Shown in pieces: positions 57,046 to 64,000 of a DNA stretch of 64,000 nt. The notes beneath the pieces were generated by a model. The model searched no databases, was not told where the DNA came from, and saw only the letters and a list, made by a program, of their open reading frames with translations. This stretch comes from Vicinamibacteria bacterium. GTDB lineage: Bacteria; Acidobacteriota; Vicinamibacteria; Marinacidobacterales; Marinacidobacteraceae. The DNA is taken from contig OY821641.1 of assembly GCA_963555995.3 (NCBI GenBank), forward strand, positions 3,008,001-3,072,000, given 5' to 3'. Every line of letters begins with the position of its first letter. The first letter of the stretch is position 1. The position numbers were made by a program, and so were the translations under genes.

Positions 57046-57930
57046 TTACGGCTCCTGGCAGCCCTTCTCGCCGGGGAAGAGTTCGCGGGCGTAGAGGAAG
57101 ATCCGTTCGTCGTCGTACACCCAGCGAGTGGCGATGTGCGCGTTGCCGAAGAGTTCCAGCAGCCGGGTGGCGGTCGCGCCGTCGAAGACGTGGCAGGGAA
57201 AGGAACCGTCGTCGTTGCGGGTGGGCGGGTCCGGCAGGGGCCACTCCTGATCGTCGCGATCCTCTTCCTCCGGCGGGGGGAGATCGAAGCCCACGATCAC
57301 CTGCACCCGGTCGCCCCGGTAGGCTCCGGCCATCGAGGCGGCGGTCTCGAGCTTGTCCACGAGCGCCTTGAGGCTCACCGCGCGGGGGTCCAGGTGCTCA
57401 ACGGCCCATAGTCCCTCCACCCCGATCACATGCGTCCCGGCGGTGTCGTTGAAAGAGAACTCGGTGAACGACGCGTCCATCAGCAGGCCGGTGGGCTCCG
57501 TGATCTGCAGGTCGTCCACTTCCGGCAGGGTGGAGACGGCGATGTCTTCGAGCACCGCGTTGAAATCGGCTTCGTTGAGCGCGGTCGCCAGCAGGTTCGG
57601 GAGCAACCGCTGGGGCCAGATCTCCATCACCGGCCCCTCCGCGTACAGGTCCCCGCCGGCGGTGAGCCAGTAGAGCGGCGGCCTGCCGAACTGGAACTCG
57701 GGCATCACCTCGGGGCCGCCGTGGACCCAGACCTCGAGGATCACCGCCTCGGGATCGTCGGGCAGGTTCAGGGCCGGCGGCGGCGGGGGACTTGGCGGGG
57801 GCGTCGGGGCGGGCGGCACGGTCGGCGCGTCCGAACCCCCGCCGCAGGCGCCGAGGGCCAGCGCGGCGGCCAGCGCGGCGCTCGGGACGATCCGCCGCAA
57901 AAGAGAGGAATGCGTTCGCTGTTCGGCCAT
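57046..57930 (-). CDS. Hypothetical lipoprotein
   Basis: Lipobox LGAC, a Pro-rich linker and an acidic globular domain. Confidence 0.7.
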   Translation of the reverse strand: MAEQRTHSSLLRRIVPSAALAAALALGACGGGSDAPTVPPAPTPPPSPPPPPALNLPDDPEAVILEVWVHGGPEVMPEFQFGRPPLYWLTAGGDLYAEGPVMEIWPQRLLPNLLATALNEADFNAVLEDIAVSTLPEVDDLQITEPTGLLMDASFTEFSFNDTAGTHVIGVEGLWAVEHLDPRAVSLKALVDKLETAASMAGAYRGDRVQVIVGFDLPPPEEEDRDDQEWPLPDPPTRNDDGSFPCHVFDGATATRLLELFGNAHIATRWVYDDERIFLYARELFPGEKGCQEP

Positions 57931-58055
57931 CACTTCGGCAATGTAGCGCGCCTCCGCACGGTCCCTCCGGGCGCGGCGTTCCGCGTTTTTCCCCGGGTTG
58001 ACCCGGTGGACTCGCCGGTGATTCCCGGTGGTCGGATAAGGTGTTTCCCATGTGG

Positions 58056-59612
58056 ATGCACCGGCGACTCTTCCTTCGGCAATCGGCGCGGGCGGGGGCC
58101 GCGATCCCGTTCGCGCGGGCGCTGCCCGTCCTGGGCCAGGACACCGTCTTCCGGCACGGGGTGGCGAGCGGAGACCCGCTGGCGGACCGGGTGCTGCTCT
58201 GGACCCGCGTGTCCGGATCGTCGGACGACCGGGTTCCCGTCCGCTGGCAGGTGGCGCGCGATCCCGGGATGCGGGAAATCGTCGCGGAGGGCGTAGCGGC
58301 GACCGGACCGGAGCGGGACTACACGTTCAAGGTCACCGCTCCCGGCCTGCGGCCGGGAACGACGTACCACTACCGCTTCGAGGCGCTCGGGGAGCGGTCG
58401 CCGGTGGGCCGGACGCGGACCCTGCCCCGGAACACCGACCATGTCCGGCTGGCCTTCGCCTCCTGCTCCAACCTGCCGTTCGGCTACTTCAACGTGTACC
58501 GGCGGATCGCGGAGCGGGACGACCTGAACGCCGTCCTCCACCTCGGGGACTACCTCTACGAGTACCCGAACCGCGGCTACGGCGACGGGACCCGCTTCGG
58601 ACACGCGCCGCGGCCGGACAAGGAGATCACCACCCTCTCCGACTACCGGATCCGGCACGCCCAGTACAAGTCGGACCCCGACCTCCAGGAGGTCCACCGG
58701 CTCCACCCGTTCGTCTGCGTCTGGGACGACCACGAGATCACGAACAACGCCTACACCGACGGGGCGCAGAACCACCAGATCGAGGACGAGGAGGGCGACT
58801 GGTTCGTGCGCCGGACGGCGGCGGTGAAGGCCTACTTCGAGTGGATGCCCATCCGCGAGCCCGAGCCGTGGCCCAGCCAGCGCACCTGGCGGACCTTCCG
58901 CTTCGGCAAGCTCCTCGACCTCATCATGCTGGACACCCGGCTCGTCGGCCGGTCCCGGCAGGCGGAGTGGGGCGACGTCGAGGGAATGCGGCATCCCGAC
59001 CGCACCCTCCTCGGCGAGCGGCAGGAACGCTGGCTCTACGGCGAGCTCGCGGCGGCGAAGGCGGCGGGAGTCCGCTGGCCGGTGCTCGGCCAGCAGGTGA
59101 TGATGGGACCGATGCTGGACGCGGACGGGAACCCCCAGAATCCGGACCAGTGGGACGGCTACGAGGCGAGCCGCAACCGGCTCTTCGACTTCCTCGAGAG
59201 CGAGCGGATCGGCAACCTGGTGGTGCTCACCGGCGACGTCCACCAGTCGTGGGGGATGGACGTCCCGCGGAACCCGCTCGCCGGCTACGACCCGGACACC
59301 GGCGCCGGGTCCTACGGCGTGGACTTCGTGACCACCGCGGTGTCCTCACCCAGTTCGAAGCTGCGCCGGCTCGGGACCGAGGAGGCCGTCGCCGCCGAGG
59401 TGCGGGAGGAACTCGCCCACAACCCGCACAAGAAGTTCGGGGAGGCGTTCCACCGCGGCTACTGCATCCTCGACCTCCGGCCCGACCGCATCCAGAACGA
59501 CTGGTACTTCGTACCGACCGTCGAGGAGAAGACGGACGAGCAGCGCTGGGCGGCCGGGATCCGGGTGGCGTCGGGAACGCAGCACGGGGTGCGCGCGGAC
59601 GGCCCGGCCTGA
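58056..59612 (+). CDS. phoD: Alkaline phosphatase D (Tat-exported)
   Basis: RRLFL Tat motif, FRHGVASGDP, SCSN, HLGDYLYE, WDDHE, LDTR, DQWDGY and TGDVH. Confidence 0.92.
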   Translation: MHRRLFLRQSARAGAAIPFARALPVLGQDTVFRHGVASGDPLADRVLLWTRVSGSSDDRVPVRWQVARDPGMREIVAEGVAATGPERDYTFKVTAPGLRPGTTYHYRFEALGERSPVGRTRTLPRNTDHVRLAFASCSNLPFGYFNVYRRIAERDDLNAVLHLGDYLYEYPNRGYGDGTRFGHAPRPDKEITTLSDYRIRHAQYKSDPDLQEVHRLHPFVCVWDDHEITNNAYTDGAQNHQIEDEEGDWFVRRTAAVKAYFEWMPIREPEPWPSQRTWRTFRFGKLLDLIMLDTRLVGRSRQAEWGDVEGMRHPDRTLLGERQERWLYGELAAAKAAGVRWPVLGQQVMMGPMLDADGNPQNPDQWDGYEASRNRLFDFLESERIGNLVVLTGDVHQSWGMDVPRNPLAGYDPDTGAGSYGVDFVTTAVSSPSSKLRRLGTEEAVAAEVREELAHNPHKKFGEAFHRGYCILDLRPDRIQNDWYFVPTVEEKTDEQRWAAGIRVASGTQHGVRADGPA

Positions 59613-59704
59613 CGGCGCGGCCGGGGACCAGTCGCGCGGCCGCTTTCTTCCGGAGGGGCCTCGGCGCCCACCTCACCCGGTCCGCAGGCCCGGCGTCCGG
59701 TCCA

Positions 59705-60541
59705 TCAGGGATGGGCTCCGGACTCCTGGGCCGGGTTGCCGCCGCTCCCGGATTCCGGCGCCGGCGTCACCAGCCCGCGCCGGGCGAAATGCCGTCGGGC
59801 CCGGATGGTGATGTCGCTCTTCATGTGCGGCTCGAACCGGTGATCGTGGACGTACGCCTTGATCTTCAGGAGGACGTATGGCTGATCCCGAATCTCGTCG
59901 CTGATCAGGCACACGACCGGTTTGCGCAGGAGCAGATACGGCGACGCGAGCGCGGCTTCCCGGCCGATACGCAGCGCCCTCTCGGCATCCACGTGGAAGG
60001 GCAGGATCAGTTCGGTCACGACCTGACCTTCGGGAACCCCCGAATTGGTATTGGCGATCTGACCGGTCAGGACGGCCGCGTTCGGGACGGTCACGCGGGC
60101 GTCGTCGGTCGTGGTCAGCGTGATGCTGTGCAACCCGATGCGGACGATCTCGCCGAAGGCGTTGCCGATCCGCACCCGGTCGCCCAACTGGAAAGGCTGG
60201 TCCGCAAGCAGGACGATCCCGCCGATGACGTTCTTGATCAGATCCTGGGCGCCGAGCCCGAGCGCGATCGCGATGGAGCCGATGCCGGCGAGGAAGGTGT
60301 CGCGCGTCGGCGACAACGTGCTCAGGATCAGGAACGCTGCGACGAACCAGATGCCCGTACTGACGAAGGGTTCGAGACGTTTGAAGAAGAAACGCGCCCG
60401 CCGCACCCGGTTCCCGAGCAGCGCGAGCCCGAACCGGGCGCTGCGGATGGCGACCCACGCCGCGACGATCGTGAGCGCGACGAAGACGATGCGCGCCGGG
60501 GTCAGATAGTCCAGCAGGGACTGCGTGTCTGCCTGAAGCAC
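59705..60541 (-). CDS. MscS-family mechanosensitive channel
   Basis: IALGLGAQDLIKNVIGG, PFQLGDRV, GEIVRIGL and VTVPN. Confidence 0.9.
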   Translation of the reverse strand: MLQADTQSLLDYLTPARIVFVALTIVAAWVAIRSARFGLALLGNRVRRARFFFKRLEPFVSTGIWFVAAFLILSTLSPTRDTFLAGIGSIAIALGLGAQDLIKNVIGGIVLLADQPFQLGDRVRIGNAFGEIVRIGLHSITLTTTDDARVTVPNAAVLTGQIANTNSGVPEGQVVTELILPFHVDAERALRIGREAALASPYLLLRKPVVCLISDEIRDQPYVLLKIKAYVHDHRFEPHMKSDITIRARRHFARRGLVTPAPESGSGGNPAQESGAHP

Positions 60542-60607
60542 GATTACCGCCGCGAACTCAGGGGCGTTACCCCGGTTCTGGCAGAGTCCATACGGCTCAC
60601 GCCGGCC

Positions 60608-63382
60608 TCACACCAGGTTGCGCGCGCTCAACGCCGCTCGCGCGAGCATCGCCGCAGGTGCATGGATCCGGACGCCGGGCGCTCCGGGATCGGCTTCGAT
60701 CATGTGGCGTCCCAGCAGACGCTCGACCACCGCGCGGCTGACCTCCCGGCGCCAACCGAAGATCTCGGCGTGCTCGTCCAGGGTGAGGCTGCCGTGCTGC
60801 TGCAGCAGGTGCAGCGTGAACAGCTCGTCGCGGCTGAACTCGCCCGTAATCTCGGCGTGGTCCACGACGTCGGGAAAGCGCATGTACAGCACGCCGCCCG
60901 CGGCGCGGTCAATGTTGTGTCGCCAGAGCCCGAACGCGGACCGGAAGATCCCTCCGGACTGCCGGTAGAGCGCGGCGAAGAACGCGGCTTCGGATTCGTC
61001 GTCGCCGGCGCCGGCCCAGGCATGGAACCGGGCGCCGAAACGCTGGCCGGCCGGATGTCCCTCGAACTTGAGCCGCAACCCCGACAGGTGGTGCCGCTGG
61101 AGGATGGCTTCCCGCAGATCGGCGGGCGGGACGGCCGAAGCGTTGATGCGGTGCGAGAAGTGCTGTCCCAGATCCACCGCCGCGTCGAGAAAGTGGAACG
61201 CCTCGCTGGCCAGACTGACGATCCAGACGGTGGAGGGGACGCTGCGCGTCATGATCCGCAACAGTTCCTTCAGCGCCTCGAGGCCTCCCACCGCTCTCAG
61301 GAAGGTGCGCTCCAGCTCTTCGATGACGATGACGCGCCGCCGGGACGAGAGGTCCGCGACCAGGCCGTCGAGGTCGCCGGATCCCGTACCGAGCAGCTCG
61401 GCAAGGAAGGACCGCACGGCCTGCCGGGTCAGGACGCGGTCGCGGAAACTGCCCCGAACCACGTCCAGGCCCGTGAACGACCGGGCGACGGCGCAGTTGA
61501 TCAGACTGGTCTTGCCGCTGCCCCGCTGGCCGTAGATGACAACGGCCGTACTGCGCCCGGCGTCCCAGAGAGCGCGGGCGTCGGCCAGGGCCGCCATCTC
61601 GGCCTCGCGACCGACCAGAAAACGGAGATCCTCGACCGGTTCGGAGCGGAACAGCCGGTGGTAGATCAGCGGCAGGCGGCGTGCTTCGACATCCACGTCG
61701 GCGGCGTCCGGGAACGCGCGCCAGCGTACGACGGGCGATTCCACCGTCTCCGGTGGCGCTTCCAGGCCGATCTTGATGAGGGCCGCGTGGTAGAACCGCG
61801 CGCTGGCCACCCGGGTCGCCGATCCGATGCGCCGCGCCTGCTCCACCGCCAGCCGGGAGGCCCGCCGCGCCGCCCGGGCGATGCCCTCGCGCGCCAGATA
61901 GGTCAGCAGGGTGAGGCGGCCCTGTTCGACCCCGACGTGATACCGGTGAAAGCACGCCGCCGTGGCCTCGACGTAGGCGGCTTCGACCACGCCCCCGCGT
62001 TCCGGCAGGGTCCGCTGGGTGCGCCCCAGGAGCAGGGCGGCATTGCCGACGCTTTCCCGCACCATCACCTCACGTGACGCGCGGCCGGCCGCCGTCCGGA
62101 TGCCGAAGGTCACCACCTCACGCGCCCGTTCGATGTCGCGCAGCACGGCCTTGTGATCCCCGCCCACGTCATCGAGCACCGCGGCGACGGGCTTCGCGGC
62201 CAGGTCGAGCGCGGCGAGGAAGGTCTGCGCCGGTCGCACGGTACGCCACGGGACCCGCCATCCCGGTAGCGCCCGCCGCGGATCCACCGCCTCGATCTCG
62301 GCCGGCAGCAGAGTTCGCGCGTGCCCGCCCAGCAGCCGCTTCCATTGCCGCAGGTGCTGGCTGGCGGGAGTGAGCTGCGCGGAACCCGGTGGCAGCGGAT
62401 TCTCCCGGCCGGGCTGCCAACGCTCGAGCGCCTCGAGGCCCGCCCCCAGTTCGGCGACGACCGCCCCGCGTTCCTCCCCGAGGGCGCGGGCGCTCCGTTC
62501 GACCGCGACGATCGTCCGTTTGCCGAGGCGGACCAGGCTGTGTTCGGTCTCCACGAGAGCCCGGACCGAGCGCTGCTGGCGCTCCCAATAGTCCTCCCAG
62601 GCCGCGTGGCGCCGGGCGCGCTTGCCGCCGAGCCGCCGGTAGCGCTCCGGCCCGAGAACCGCGCCCAGCAGCCGCACCTCGATTCCGCTCAGCGCCGCAT
62701 CCAGCGATGCAAGGGCTCGCTGGAGACCTGCCTCCCGCGCTTCGGCCTGCTGTTTCCAGGCGGCATGGCCCCCTCGTGGGTCAGTCGCGGCGTCGTCGCC
62801 CTGCAGGCGAAGGAGAGCCGCGTCGCGGAGGGCCTGCCAGGGATCGAGCAGGGCCAGCGTCGCCTGCGCGAAAGCCAGGTAGATGCGACCTTCCAGAGGC
62901 CCGGTCCGGAAGGCCAGCAGGTGGAGGCCGCCCCGTACGGACCGCCGGACCTCGACGGTGCGCACCCGTTTCCGCCGCCCGGCCCAACGCGCAAGAAACG
63001 GCAGTTTCGCGCTCGCGGGCAACGTTTCGATCAGGGAGACGGGAGCGAGTTCGGTGCGGCCGGGCAGTTTCCGGGTGGCCTCCGCCAACTCGGACCGGAA
63101 GTCCTCGAAACTGCCCGGCAGCCGGTCGTGGATGCGTGATTGCGTATGGCGCTCCAGAGGGTCCAGCAGCAGCGCCGTCGCGTTCGTCTCGAAGATCGTC
63201 CTCAGCGTGGCGGTTTGCCCCCGCGGCCAGTCGAGTTCCGCCACCGCGCGGCGCTTGCCGAGTTCGGCGGTGATGTCCCGCACGTTGCGGTGGAGATCGG
63301 CCAGCTCCCCGAGGAGCTTGGCGCGACTGGCGGCGACGTCTTCCAGGAAGGCCGACCAGGCAGCCGCCGGAGCGTCAGCCAT
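60608..63382 (-). CDS. Large helical protein with a C-terminal P-loop (AAA/STAND-like) ATPase
   Basis: LVGREAEM, GQRGSGKT and IVIEELE; start MADAP follows GGAG. Confidence 0.75.
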   Translation of the reverse strand: MADAPAAAWSAFLEDVAASRAKLLGELADLHRNVRDITAELGKRRAVAELDWPRGQTATLRTIFETNATALLLDPLERHTQSRIHDRLPGSFEDFRSELAEATRKLPGRTELAPVSLIETLPASAKLPFLARWAGRRKRVRTVEVRRSVRGGLHLLAFRTGPLEGRIYLAFAQATLALLDPWQALRDAALLRLQGDDAATDPRGGHAAWKQQAEAREAGLQRALASLDAALSGIEVRLLGAVLGPERYRRLGGKRARRHAAWEDYWERQQRSVRALVETEHSLVRLGKRTIVAVERSARALGEERGAVVAELGAGLEALERWQPGRENPLPPGSAQLTPASQHLRQWKRLLGGHARTLLPAEIEAVDPRRALPGWRVPWRTVRPAQTFLAALDLAAKPVAAVLDDVGGDHKAVLRDIERAREVVTFGIRTAAGRASREVMVRESVGNAALLLGRTQRTLPERGGVVEAAYVEATAACFHRYHVGVEQGRLTLLTYLAREGIARAARRASRLAVEQARRIGSATRVASARFYHAALIKIGLEAPPETVESPVVRWRAFPDAADVDVEARRLPLIYHRLFRSEPVEDLRFLVGREAEMAALADARALWDAGRSTAVVIYGQRGSGKTSLINCAVARSFTGLDVVRGSFRDRVLTRQAVRSFLAELLGTGSGDLDGLVADLSSRRRVIVIEELERTFLRAVGGLEALKELLRIMTRSVPSTVWIVSLASEAFHFLDAAVDLGQHFSHRINASAVPPADLREAILQRHHLSGLRLKFEGHPAGQRFGARFHAWAGAGDDESEAAFFAALYRQSGGIFRSAFGLWRHNIDRAAGGVLYMRFPDVVDHAEITGEFSRDELFTLHLLQQHGSLTLDEHAEIFGWRREVSRAVVERLLGRHMIEADPGAPGVRIHAPAAMLARAALSARNLV

Positions 63383-63470
63383 CTCCGGTTCCTTCAGGAT
63401 GTCGCTGGTGTCGGGTGCTGGAAACGTACATACCGGAGACGCCGGACTGAGGTGATCCCTCATGGACAGG

Positions 63471-63690
63471 TTAACAGCCTGTGGTGAGACCCCGTGAGCG
63501 CCGAGACGGGCGAGGCCCAGTTGCTGTGAAAATGCAGTCCTGCGGGGTTGGCCAACAGCCGTGACGGCGCCGCCGGCCGGGAACGCCGGCTTCAGCCGGC
63601 ACCGCGGCCCGCAGGGCCGCGGGCGGTTCCTCGCTACCCCGGGCGCGTTGGCACGCGCAGCCGAGCCATCCCGGCGCATGAGGTCCGTCT
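63471..63690 (+). repeat. MITE left end (TTAA + ~44 bp) fused to a REPIN-like element
   Basis: TTAA-CAGCCTGTGGTGAGACCCCGTGAGCGCCGAGA, then the 51502/44380 repeat family from 63521. Confidence 0.75.
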
Positions 63691-63745
63691 CGCCGCCAGC
63701 GAGACGCCGACCGTCGGGCCGGGACGAAGGTCTCCAGTACCCCGT

Positions 63746-64000
63746 CTATGGGATTTCGGCGACCACGACGGACAGGTCACCACGCGCGAATCCCTCGAGG
63801 CGCAGGGATTCCGCGCCGAGCTGGATGCCCATCAAGCCCAGCTCGTCCATCGTTCCGCGCACTTCGAACGGATCGGATGAAAGGTCCTCGATCGCGTCGT
63901 TCGCGGCGCTCAGGAGTTGCCCATAGGTCGGTCCCAGATCAAACGCATGGCGCTCGATGGCGCGCTCGAAGAACGGTTCGCCGAGTTCGGCAACGGCTGC
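63746..64000 (-). CDS. C-terminal fragment of a hypothetical protein
   Basis: Open frame from the window end (AAVAELGEPFFERAIE...VVAEIP*) with GC3-rich codons. Confidence 0.5.
   Translation of the reverse strand, partial: AAVAELGEPFFERAIERHAFDLGPTYGQLLSAANDAIEDLSSDPFEVRGTMDELGLMGIQLGAESLRLEGFARGDLSVVVAEIP

Noticed and set aside
58052-62077. 1341-aa ORF and other long Arg/Pro/Gly-rich ORFs (e.g. 2964-5945, 25155-27617, 53918-56098)
   Set aside because: Shadow frames overlapping motif-supported genes in GC-rich DNA.
1-64000. tRNA, rRNA, riboswitch, integrase or prophage
   Set aside because: None was recognised by eye; Infernal/tRNAscan would be needed to exclude small RNAs.

Overview
GC-rich bacterial DNA. 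The gene content (BNR/VPS10-like glycosyl hydrolases, a PQQ dehydrogenase with di-heme cytochrome c, PEGA kinases) is Acidobacteria-like, but that is inference only. The main feature is a ~23 kb accessory island (~1.8-24.9 kb) between two paralogous BNR/VPS10-like genes. It encodes an FHA-ABC transporter, a Ser/Thr kinase, a Yip1-like protein, a PPC-repeat surface protein, two lid-less Hsp70s, a GrpE-like protein and a vWA-TM protein. Three proteins carry an HPD-less J-like domain, and one 1,032-bp PEGA-TPR module is fused either to the kinase or to the J-like domain. The chaperone operon survives as two inverted, complementarily deleted copies around IS remnants. Also present: a 179-bp MITE with YTAR target duplications (four full copies, one splitting an antitoxin gene), REPIN/BIME-like repeats, two small defence-like clusters, Rieske/GcvT and phytoene-dehydrogenase-like genes, sodC, NRAMP, recQ, an S9 peptidase, phoD and an MscS-ATPase pair. 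No tRNA, rRNA or CRISPR array was seen. All calls are from motifs read by eye; no searches were run.
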